Shown: positions 56,148-64,000 of the stretch, piece by piece
Numbering within the stretch: position 1 is the first letter of the stretch
Layout of the letters: each line of letters opens with the position of its first letter
NCBI GenBank assembly: GCA_043809245.1
Contig: JAZDDZ010000047.1
Coordinates: 1-64,000, forward strand
DNA: 64,000 nucleotides
Source of the DNA: Candidatus Iainarchaeum sp.
Lineage (GTDB): Archaea > Iainarchaeota > Iainarchaeia > Iainarchaeales > JAZDDZ01
Direction of reading: 5' to 3'
Position numbers and translations under genes: made by a program
Notes under the pieces: generated by a model
Told to the model about the DNA's origin: nothing
The model's input: the letters and a program-made list of their open reading frames with translations, nothing else
Database searches by the model: none

Positions 56148-56878
56148 CGCGTTCTGCCCCTAATGAAATTAATTGCTTCACTTAAGCTTTTTTTATTGCT
56201 GTAAGAGCGCACTATTTTTTTCAAGGAAGTTGTTTTCTTGCCTTTGAGTTTTTTTGCCTCTTTCTCCAGCAATGGAATGCATCTAACAACATTGTCAACG
56301 ATTGAAATGTCTGCCTTCTGCGCTGTCCTGCTGAAAGGGTTTAAGTCAACGGCAACAACTTTTTTCCCGTTTTTGCGGAGCGCTTCCGTTCTATCCCCGT
56401 CCTCAAGCATCACAAGCACGCAGTCAGCGCTCCAGATTCCATTTGAGCTGACGAAAGCGCGCTTTGATTCAAGGAAAGCAAGTTTTTTGCCAGGATTAAC
56501 GCCAAGGATTTTTGCGCCGAACTTGGAGAATTCCTTTGCAATAAGCAACTCTCTTTTTCTGCTGCGGTAGAAAAGATTCACTTCAATTTTTGCGCCAAGC
56601 GTTTTGGCGAGCGAAACAATTTCTTTTGCGCACAACGCGGTTGTGTTTCCGTTAACAGAGATTACGGGTTTTTCCGCGAGCAGCAACTGCGCAGCTGCAG
56701 CAGAAATTGCTTTTTTTGCAAACTTCTGCGTTTTTTCCCCTAAAAGATAATCAAATGCCTCGCCCCTCCCCTGTGCAATCATTCCCGCGTGCGCGGCAAT
56801 CCCTTTTTTTGCGGCCTCTTCAATGAGGTGCCTTTGCATTAGCGAATTAAAGCGGGGATGCGATTTCGGCGGCTTCAT
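56144..56878 (-). CDS. pps: 4-phosphopantoate--beta-alanine ligase
   Basis: SHPR, GRGEAFDYLLGE, SVNGN, LEDGDR, DLNPFSRT. Confidence 0.93.
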   Translation of the reverse strand: MKPPKSHPRFNSLMQRHLIEEAAKKGIAAHAGMIAQGRGEAFDYLLGEKTQKFAKKAISAAAAQLLLAEKPVISVNGNTTALCAKEIVSLAKTLGAKIEVNLFYRSRKRELLIAKEFSKFGAKILGVNPGKKLAFLESKRAFVSSNGIWSADCVLVMLEDGDRTEALRKNGKKVVAVDLNPFSRTAQKADISIVDNVVRCIPLLEKEAKKLKGKKTTSLKKIVRSYSNKKSLSEAINFIRGRTR

Positions 56879-57738
56879 TGTTCGTGCGCCCCCTTTTCTG
56901 CAATGCGTGAAACAAGCGTGCTTTTAGTGAATTTTTTCAGCTGCGCTTCAATTTTTTCCGGTTCACTTGTTGGAACAAAAACTGTTTCCCCGAGCATTGC
57001 CATTGAAGCCGGGGGAATTTCCTCCATCACTTTGCGCACGTTTTCCGATGCAAGGCCTGTTTCAACTGAAAAAACGCGTGAAAGGTGGATGAATTCCTTG
57101 ATTGAAGGCAATAATGATATTTGTTTCATGCAGTAATCCCCTGAACGGTTGATTTTTTCCATCCAGCTTTTGTCCTTGATTATTTTTTTGGTTTTCATTG
57201 CGGAAAAAAAACCGCAAACCACGAATTCTTCTTCGCATTTAATTTCCTTCACTTTCTCTGAAGGATATGGCTGCAGGCCATACATCACGCCCTTAAACTG
57301 CTGTGCAATCACATCCCCCAAGCCTGTTCCTGCCTCTATTTCAGCTTGTTTTGCGAGCTCCATGCATTCCTTTAAGGAAAGCCTTGCGCCGAGCGCCTTG
57401 TTCAACGCAAGCGTAAGGGAAAATGCGCCTGCTCCGCTTGCACCCAAGCCAAAGCCGATTGGCACTTTTGATTCAAAATTGCATTCAAGCGCGAATTTTT
57501 TGCCTGAAATTTTGGATAATTTTTCCGCTGCAATGCGGGAAGTCGAAGCGTTGAATCTTTCGCCGTTTAGGAAGAAATGCATTGAGTTTTTTTCGGCTTC
57601 CCTAACCTCCACTTCTGCCTTCACGCCTTCGCTTAGATTGATTCCCGCGCCAGTGCTTCCATTGGAATAAATTTTAAAGAAGCAGGTTATGTGTGAGGGC
57701 GCATAAGCGCTTGCAGTTGATTTATGCATTAATTTCAC
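56875..57738 (-). CDS. pok: Pantoate kinase (GHMP family)
   Basis: PSHITCFF, PIGFGLGASGA, TGLGDV, AMLGETVF. Confidence 0.92.
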   Translation of the reverse strand: MKLMHKSTASAYAPSHITCFFKIYSNGSTGAGINLSEGVKAEVEVREAEKNSMHFFLNGERFNASTSRIAAEKLSKISGKKFALECNFESKVPIGFGLGASGAGAFSLTLALNKALGARLSLKECMELAKQAEIEAGTGLGDVIAQQFKGVMYGLQPYPSEKVKEIKCEEEFVVCGFFSAMKTKKIIKDKSWMEKINRSGDYCMKQISLLPSIKEFIHLSRVFSVETGLASENVRKVMEEIPPASMAMLGETVFVPTSEPEKIEAQLKKFTKSTLVSRIAEKGAHEQ

Positions 57739-57919
57739 AAAAGAATTTTTATGCGAATGATTAATAAGGAAAAACGCTGTTAAGTTTTAGGGAAAAGAGA
57801 CTTTCTATGCATGGTCAGGAACTGATAGAAACAAGTCACCGTTTTCTTAAAGAAATAACTTCGAGCATCAAAGACATCAAATCAGGGAGAGTTAGAAGGA
57901 TCCGCTGATTTTTCCTTTT

Positions 57920-58591
57920 TCACTTCCTTTTGCATAAAACCATTGCATGCTCTGTGTCAAAGGGTTCAAGGGAAACGGGCTGGATTATTTCAAATTCTTT
58001 CTCCAGCAGTTTAATCTCTTTTTCAACGACTTTTTGCGCTTTTTCGGTTTGGCTGATTGAGCGCACCTTAATGACCAAGAGGCCATGGCCTTCGCCTTTG
58101 AGGTACATGCGCGCGTTTTTCAGAAAAATCTGCGCCTGGTTTTTCTGGCTGACATCCTGGTACAATAAATCAACTTTTGTTCCGGAAAGGTCTTTCAAAT
58201 AGCTTTGCGGCTGCTCTGCATCGCCTAAAATCGGCGCAATGTTTTTCCTGTGCTCGCACAGCCACAAAAATTTCCTCATGACCCTCTCGCTTATATCAAC
58301 GCCGAAGATGACTCCTTCCTCTCCAATGATATCAGATAGGTGTGAAATAGTCGTTCCCTCTGCGCTTCCAAGGTAAAGGATGTGCGCGCCTTTTTTCACA
58401 GGCATTTCCTTTAAGCCTTTTTTTATCGCTGCAGCAAGCTTTGACCTTTCAGGCATCCACTGCCTGAACTCCTCTCCTTTTGATTCAAGCAATTGTTCGC
58501 CGTAAACTTTTACGCCTTTGCAGAGGTTTTTGGTAAATAAAAGCTGCCCAAACCCGTAGATTCCTGGAAACAATTCCTTCATTTCAGCCAT
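57920..58591 (-). CDS. flpA: Fibrillarin rRNA/tRNA 2'-O-methyltransferase
   Basis: VYGE, RSKLAA, LYLGSAEGTTISH, YQDVSQ. Confidence 0.95.
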   Translation of the reverse strand: MAEMKELFPGIYGFGQLLFTKNLCKGVKVYGEQLLESKGEEFRQWMPERSKLAAAIKKGLKEMPVKKGAHILYLGSAEGTTISHLSDIIGEEGVIFGVDISERVMRKFLWLCEHRKNIAPILGDAEQPQSYLKDLSGTKVDLLYQDVSQKNQAQIFLKNARMYLKGEGHGLLVIKVRSISQTEKAQKVVEKEIKLLEKEFEIIQPVSLEPFDTEHAMVLCKRK

Positions 58592-58613
58592 AAAGAATCA
58601 AAAGCAATTTTTT

Positions 58614-59417
58614 TCATTTAAGGGAAGCCGCTCTTTGCTCAAGGCCTTTTCTTAATTTTTCACCCAGGGTTTTTTCTCCGCCAAAATAATCCGCCTTAAC
58701 GGCTATTGCGAGCTTTGCTGCAAGCGACCTCGCAATTTTTCCCCTTGCATTTCGGTTAACGCTTTGCACTAAAGTGTTCTGGAACAAATAACCGTGCTTT
58801 GGCGGCTTTCCTTTTTTCTTAAGGTGCTGGAACAATGCTTTTTCCGCCCCCAAAACCTGCAGAGTGGAGGAAGGCATGAGCATTAATTTTTTCTTTGAGC
58901 CTGCTTTTGCTAAAAGCCTTGCGCCAACAAGCGCCCCAGCAAGCGCTGTGAAGTTTGGCAATTCCTCGTTCATTGATTTTTCAATGAATTTGAACAAAAA
59001 CATCCTTTCCTCCTTTAGGTTCAATGCATTTAATGCAAGCAGCTTTATTTCAGCAAGGTCTGTTTCCTCTATTTCAGAGCCGATTGAGTTTTGGGCTGCC
59101 TTGATTATTTTTGCCGCTGCCTCTTTTTGCGGGTAAATTTCAATGATGCTTTTTTCAGAAAAGTTTTTCCTCTGCCCCAAATTGTAAACCAGCTTAAGGT
59201 ATGCCTCCGGGTCCCTGACAGCGGAATCAAGCTCAGGGAAATGGTAGGCATACCATTCATGCAAATGCTCGCTTAAGAGGTTGAATACCGCGTCAAGGTC
59301 CTGCAAGGCGTTCACTGCGCGGATTATGTGCGCTTCCCTTCCGCTGTATTTTTCCTTGACCTTTTCCTTCACGGAATGCATCATTTTTTTGCGCAAAGCG
59401 TCAATGTTTGAGTTCAT
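58614..59417 (-). CDS. nop5: Nop5 (Nop56/58) C/D box RNP protein, short form
   Basis: EWY..HFPEL, QVLGAEKALF, PKHG, RGKIAR. Confidence 0.92.
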   Translation of the reverse strand: MNSNIDALRKKMMHSVKEKVKEKYSGREAHIIRAVNALQDLDAVFNLLSEHLHEWYAYHFPELDSAVRDPEAYLKLVYNLGQRKNFSEKSIIEIYPQKEAAAKIIKAAQNSIGSEIEETDLAEIKLLALNALNLKEERMFLFKFIEKSMNEELPNFTALAGALVGARLLAKAGSKKKLMLMPSSTLQVLGAEKALFQHLKKKGKPPKHGYLFQNTLVQSVNRNARGKIARSLAAKLAIAVKADYFGGEKTLGEKLRKGLEQRAASLK

Positions 59418-59492
59418 TTGAGCACCAAGAGATTTAAGCCATTGAATGATTAAAAAGCTTTGCTGTAACTGCCATTAAAAAACAGCTAACCA

Positions 59493-61418
59493 CTAGAACA
59501 ATGGCTTTGAATCGGCTTTTTTTCCGATTGGTTCCAATGGCAGCGTGAAATAAAAAGTTGAGCCTTTTCCTTTAACGCTTTCCACCCAAATTTTTCCGCC
59601 GAGTGCGTCAATGATTCCCTTTGATATTGCTAAACCCAATCCAACTCCGCCGTGTTCCCTGCTCATTGCCTTTTCCTCCTGAAAGAAGGGATTGAATATT
59701 TTAGGCAGGTTTTCTTTTTCTATTCCCGCCCCCGAGTCCTTGACGCTGAAGAGAATGTCTTTTTCCCTCAGCGCGGATTTCACTGTTACTGCGGAGTTGT
59801 TAGGTGAAAACTTTACCGCATTGTTCAGCAGGTTGTTCAGCACCTGCATTGTTCGCATGGAATCAGTTTCAATTTCAGGCAAATCAGCGAGTTCTGTTGC
59901 TATTTTTATTTTTTTTTCGGGAAGAAAGTGTTTTTCCTCCTCTATTAGCTCAACTATAAGTGGATTCAGTTTTGTTTTCCTGAAATCAAATTTAACCCTT
60001 CCTGCTTCAATCATGGATACGTCAAGGAAATCCGCGACTATGCGGTCAAGCTTGTTTGTGTTCCTCAGTATTATTTCAAGCGATTCCCTTTGCTTTCCAC
60101 TGATTTTGCCGTAATAATCCCCTAAAAGAAGCTGTAGCTGGCCTTTTATTGGCGTCATTGGGCTTCTCAGCTCGTGGCTGCTTATGGATAGGAGGCTTGT
60201 TTTTGCGCTTTCAACTTCCTTTCGCTCCCTTTCCATTGCGCCCAATGCATCCATTGCATTGTTGAATGTTTTTCCCAGCTGCTCCAGTTCGTCGTTGGTT
60301 TTTATTTCAACCCTTGTGTCCAGGTTGCCTTTCTCCAGTTCTTTTGTCGCGGAGTAAAGCCTCCTTATAGGCTCTGATATTGTGCTGGAAATGTAGATTC
60401 CTGCGAAAATTGCAAACCCAAATGCAGCTATAACCACAAGCATAATTCTCCTCTGCAGTGCCTGGGCGTTGGTGTTCACTTCATCCAGCTCTTGGTTTAG
60501 CCTCTCGGTTTCAAGGGATGAAATCTCTATCGCGGCAAGCCTCAGGTTTCTTGAGCTTTCAAACCATTGCCTGGTTAATTCAGCGTGCCCTTCAAGCTTG
60601 AATGTTTCGGGGTTTTGTTCACGCAAGGAAACCAATTCGTTTGCAAGTTCAAGCACCTTAGGCGAACCTGATTTTATTGACTCTAATTCCTGTTTTTCCG
60701 CTGCAGTAACATTTTCATCCCTGAAATGCCAGTCAAGCAACGCGATTTTTCCAAGGAATGAATCATAGTTTTCGAAAAACAATTTTTTGTCGGAATCGCT
60801 GCCAAGGGCAAGGTATGCCAGCAGGCTGCTTTCGGATTTTTTTGCATATCTCTGCGCCTCGGTTGCTTCCTCAATTATTCCATGGGTTGTAAGCGCGGTG
60901 GCGTTTTCCATCATTGCGTCTGTTGTTTCAAGCAATTCCTTGGTTAGGCTTTCCTGGGATGCAAGGCTGAAATTTTCAGGGTCGCTGTCATGCAATTCCA
61001 GCAGATTGTTTGCCAGTGCAAGGATTTTGCCTGAACCTGCATTTAATTGCTCTAATTGCAGCCCGCAGCACCCTGTGGGGCCCAGGGTTTCCTCAAGCGT
61101 TTTTATTTGGCTGGCAAGCGATGCGTATCTTTCAAAAAAAATATTCTTGTCGTTCTCGTCGTTCAAGGCAAGGTAAAGCAGCAGCCTTCCTTCCGCGCGT
61201 TTTGCGTAAACGCTTACTTCAAGCGCTGCAACCTGGTCTTCGCTTAGCTTGCCGCTGACTTTTTCGTAAGAGGACGCGATCTGCTGGCTGGCGTAAAAGC
61301 CAAAGGACCCCACAATCGCCACAAACAATGCGGTTGCAATGAAGCCTATGATGAGTTTTCTGCCTATTGTCCCAAGAAAAACCTGCCTTTCCCCTGCAAT
61401 TCGGGTTTGCTTTTTCAT
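59493..61418 (-). CDS. Membrane sensor histidine kinase (duplicated helical sensor, HAMP, HisKA, HATPase)
   Basis: Two TMs; SHELRSP, NNAVKF, DSGAG, GVGLGL. Confidence 0.93.
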   Translation of the reverse strand: MKKQTRIAGERQVFLGTIGRKLIIGFIATALFVAIVGSFGFYASQQIASSYEKVSGKLSEDQVAALEVSVYAKRAEGRLLLYLALNDENDKNIFFERYASLASQIKTLEETLGPTGCCGLQLEQLNAGSGKILALANNLLELHDSDPENFSLASQESLTKELLETTDAMMENATALTTHGIIEEATEAQRYAKKSESSLLAYLALGSDSDKKLFFENYDSFLGKIALLDWHFRDENVTAAEKQELESIKSGSPKVLELANELVSLREQNPETFKLEGHAELTRQWFESSRNLRLAAIEISSLETERLNQELDEVNTNAQALQRRIMLVVIAAFGFAIFAGIYISSTISEPIRRLYSATKELEKGNLDTRVEIKTNDELEQLGKTFNNAMDALGAMERERKEVESAKTSLLSISSHELRSPMTPIKGQLQLLLGDYYGKISGKQRESLEIILRNTNKLDRIVADFLDVSMIEAGRVKFDFRKTKLNPLIVELIEEEKHFLPEKKIKIATELADLPEIETDSMRTMQVLNNLLNNAVKFSPNNSAVTVKSALREKDILFSVKDSGAGIEKENLPKIFNPFFQEEKAMSREHGGVGLGLAISKGIIDALGGKIWVESVKGKGSTFYFTLPLEPIGKKADSKPLF

Positions 61419-61424
61419 CTGGCA

Positions 61425-61967
61425 TTACCTGCTAAGGTCAATGGCTCTGTCCACAAACATCACGGATTCCTGTATCGCTGTTTGTTTTTCCTTTGAGGCA
61501 AGGGCATAAAACAGCCCGTGCTTGTTTTTTTCCTTTACTTTCGCGGCAAGCCCTGAGAAGAATTTCAATACTTCCTGTTCGTTGTTGTAAATCAGCAGGT
61601 TTGTGAAAGAGTCAAGGACAACAAAATCGTAATTTTCATCCAATAGCTTTGAAAGGAATATCATTACCTGTGTCATTCCGTTTCTTGAGTCCAGGAAATG
61701 GCAGTTTTCAATTTTATCCGCAGGCGGATTGGAAATGGATTTGGTAATGCCGTCAATGAAGAGGAACTTGCTGTAATCAACTTTTTTCCTGTCGAATATC
61801 TCTTTGAGTGACGAAAAGGTTTTGTTGAGTGATATGTAGATTACCCCTTTGCCTGAGAGCTGGCGTGCAAAATCAACCACCATTTCATTGTACTCCATTG
61901 GGGGAAGTATAATGAGAATTGTCTTGTAATCGTCTAGTTCTGCTTTTAGTTCCATGTCAGCCACCAA
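61425..61967 (-). CDS. Inactivated RecA/KaiC-like ATPase domain protein
   Basis: IYISLNK, FIDGI, VVLDSF (Walker B-like); no Walker A. Confidence 0.65.
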   Translation of the reverse strand: MVADMELKAELDDYKTILIILPPMEYNEMVVDFARQLSGKGVIYISLNKTFSSLKEIFDRKKVDYSKFLFIDGITKSISNPPADKIENCHFLDSRNGMTQVMIFLSKLLDENYDFVVLDSFTNLLIYNNEQEVLKFFSGLAAKVKEKNKHGLFYALASKEKQTAIQESVMFVDRAIDLSR

Positions 61968-62313
61968 CGATTTTCCTGACTCTTTTAACCAAGTCGTTTA
62001 TGTCAAATGGCTTTTGAATGAAGTCCACCACGTTTTTTTGCTTTAAGAGGTCGGCTTTCTCGGCTTCGCTTGCCCTTACAACGCTCAGGAAAGCAATCTT
62101 TATGTTCTGGACTTTTTCAACGACTTTTTTTACCGGCATCCCGGGCATCATTATGTCCAAGAGAATCAGGTCAATTTTTCCCGTTCCCATTTTTCCAATG
62201 AAGTCATCGCCGTTTATCGCTGTAAGCACTTTGTAGCCGTTCTTTGACAGCACGGTTTTGACTGTTTCCCTTACATCCTCTTCGTCATCCACAACCATTA
62301 TTGTTTTAGCCAT
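61957..62313 (-). CDS. Stand-alone response regulator receiver
   Basis: VVDDE, LLDIMMPG, QKPF. Confidence 0.92.
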   Translation of the reverse strand: MAKTIMVVDDEEDVRETVKTVLSKNGYKVLTAINGDDFIGKMGTGKIDLILLDIMMPGMPVKKVVEKVQNIKIAFLSVVRASEAEKADLLKQKNVVDFIQKPFDINDLVKRVRKIVGG

Positions 62314-62404
62314 TTTACCCCTCTGAAAAAAATTAAACTTTTAGATATGGTATGGAAGAATTGTTTATAAACACTATCAAAACCAGTTAGTTAAGTGAAA
62401 AGGA

Positions 62405-63892
62405 ATGCCAACAGAGGAAATCATTAATCTAGCGCTCAGGAGAAGCCTTTTCTATCCCACGGCGGAGATTTACGCTAACTCTCCCTCCGGCTTTTGGGAG
62501 TTCGGCCCAATAGGCGAGAGGATAAGGCGCAAGGTAGTTGACTTCTGGCGCAGGGAGCTGGTGGAAAAAGAAGGCTTTATTGAAATCTTTGGCTCGCAGA
62601 TTTTGCCGGAAGCGGTTTTCCGCGCTTCAGGGCACCTTGAGAGCTTTAACGACCCCATAGTCCAATGCAAGAAATGCAATTCCCTGCACCGCGCAGACCA
62701 GTTGATTGCATCTGTTTCAAAGGGATTGGTGCCTGAAAGCCTTGCCACAAAAGAGCTGGATGCACTAATAAAAAAACACGAAGTGAAGTGCCCGAAATGC
62801 AAAAGCAACCAGTTCAATGAAGTCAGGAAATTCAACATGATGATGAAAGTTGATATTGGCGCAACAGGAAACCAGCCCTGCTATCTTCGCCCTGAAACCT
62901 GCCAAAGCATTTTCCTTGACTTTGACCGCTTGTACAAGACAATGCGAAAAAATCTGCCGCTCGGCATTGCACAGGCCGGGGCTTCTTTCCGAAACGAAAT
63001 CGCTCCAAGAAACACTTTGCTGAGGGCGCGCGAGTTCGGGCAGATGGAATTGGAGATTTTCTTCAACCCGAAGAAAGCGGATGAAGTTGAGAAATGGGTT
63101 GAAGTGGAAAAATATGAATTGAATTTAATGCTTGACGGTTCGGAAAAAATTCAGCAAATTTCCTGCTCTGACGCGATTGCGAAAAAAATTATTTCCGGCA
63201 AAATGATTGCCTATTACCTTGCGCGCACCCAGAAATTGTTTGAATTGCTTGGCGTTCCGCTTGAAAAAATGCGCTTCAGGCAGTTAGGCAAAGACGAAAA
63301 GGCGTTTTACGCGAAAGAGGCCTTTGACTTTGAGGTTCTTTCCTCACTTGGCTGGATTGAATTGATTGCATGCAACAACCGAAGCGATTATGACTTGAAA
63401 GGGCATGCAAAGGAAAGCAAAAAGGCTTTGACAGTGAAAGAGGATGGCGAAGAATTTTTGCCGCACATTTTTGAGTTAAGCGCAGGCATTGACAGAACAT
63501 TCTTTGTTTTGCTTGACTTGGCTTACAGGAAAGAAAAGCGCGGGCCGGAGGAAAGGGTTTTCCTTGACCTGCAGCCAAAGCTCGCGCCTTACTTTGTTGC
63601 AGTTTTTCCTTTGGTGAACAAGGAAGGCATTGACTTAAAGGCAAAAAAACTTCATGATGAAATTGTCTCGTTTGGCTTTGAATCACTTTTTGATGGCAGT
63701 GGAAGCATTGGGAAAAGGTATGCGCGCGTTGACGAAATCGGCGTGCCTTATGCAATCACCTGTGACTTTGACTCTTTAAAGGATAACACGGTTACACTGA
63801 GGGAAAGGACGTCAATGAAGCAGAAGCGCGTGAAAACAAGCGATTTGCCTCAAACGCTCTGGCTTTTGTCGCTTGGAAAGGAAAAATTCTGA
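62405..63892 (+). CDS. glyS: Glycine--tRNA ligase (alpha2 type)
   Basis: YLRPETCQ, FRNEIAPR, REFGQME, SIGKRYAR.DEIG. Confidence 0.95.
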   Translation: MPTEEIINLALRRSLFYPTAEIYANSPSGFWEFGPIGERIRRKVVDFWRRELVEKEGFIEIFGSQILPEAVFRASGHLESFNDPIVQCKKCNSLHRADQLIASVSKGLVPESLATKELDALIKKHEVKCPKCKSNQFNEVRKFNMMMKVDIGATGNQPCYLRPETCQSIFLDFDRLYKTMRKNLPLGIAQAGASFRNEIAPRNTLLRAREFGQMELEIFFNPKKADEVEKWVEVEKYELNLMLDGSEKIQQISCSDAIAKKIISGKMIAYYLARTQKLFELLGVPLEKMRFRQLGKDEKAFYAKEAFDFEVLSSLGWIELIACNNRSDYDLKGHAKESKKALTVKEDGEEFLPHIFELSAGIDRTFFVLLDLAYRKEKRGPEERVFLDLQPKLAPYFVAVFPLVNKEGIDLKAKKLHDEIVSFGFESLFDGSGSIGKRYARVDEIGVPYAITCDFDSLKDNTVTLRERTSMKQKRVKTSDLPQTLWLLSLGKEKF

Positions 63893-63936
63893 AGGAAAAG
63901 AGTTTTAATTCAATTCCACCAAATTCTTCTTTTGCT

Positions 63937-64000
63937 GCCGCGGTAGCACAACGGCAATGCAGCGCACTCGTAATGCGCAGACTGGGGGTTCGATTCCCCC
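63937..64000 (+). tRNA. tRNA-Thr(CGT), truncated by window end
   Basis: GCCGCGGTAGCACAA; anticodon arm GCGCA-CTCGTAA-TGCGC; GTTCGATT. Confidence 0.9.

Noticed and set aside
1-64000. CRISPR array or cas genes
   Set aside because: No regularly spaced direct repeats with unique spacers and no cas-like ORFs seen

Overview
Archaeal chromosomal window: FBP aldolase/phosphatase, fibrillarin-Nop5, pantoate kinase/phosphopantothenate synthetase, NMD3, archaeal-type GlyRS and a BHB-intron tRNA. Compact genes and gene repertoire suggest a DPANN lineage, possibly Diapherotrites/Iainarchaeota (inference). Housekeeping genes lie at both ends. The centre is accessory. (i) 15.5-30.4 kb: large surface proteins, including a secreted Cys-rich protein ending in a probable RNase-type toxin domain coupled to a probable immunity gene, and a ~2,790-aa subtilase split by a 1-nt frameshift. 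(ii) 30.4-36.8 kb: toxin-antitoxin/defence modules separated by four copies, in alternating orientation, of a ~44-bp bipartite site (AACGGRGCG...GGTTATGTAGAA). (iii) 37-47.5 kb: an AT-rich block of KaiC-like ATPase, divergent cis-prenyltransferase, V4R protein, UbiA and FAD reductase, next to five paralogous winged-helix regulators; a candidate operator (TCAAC-N6-GTTGA) found before these regulators also precedes the surface/toxin cluster. Also present: three tRNAs, a free-standing LAGLIDADG gene overlapping tRNA-Arg, a two-component system and about eleven TA-like modules. No CRISPR array or rRNA seen. All family calls come from motif recognition by eye, not from database searches.
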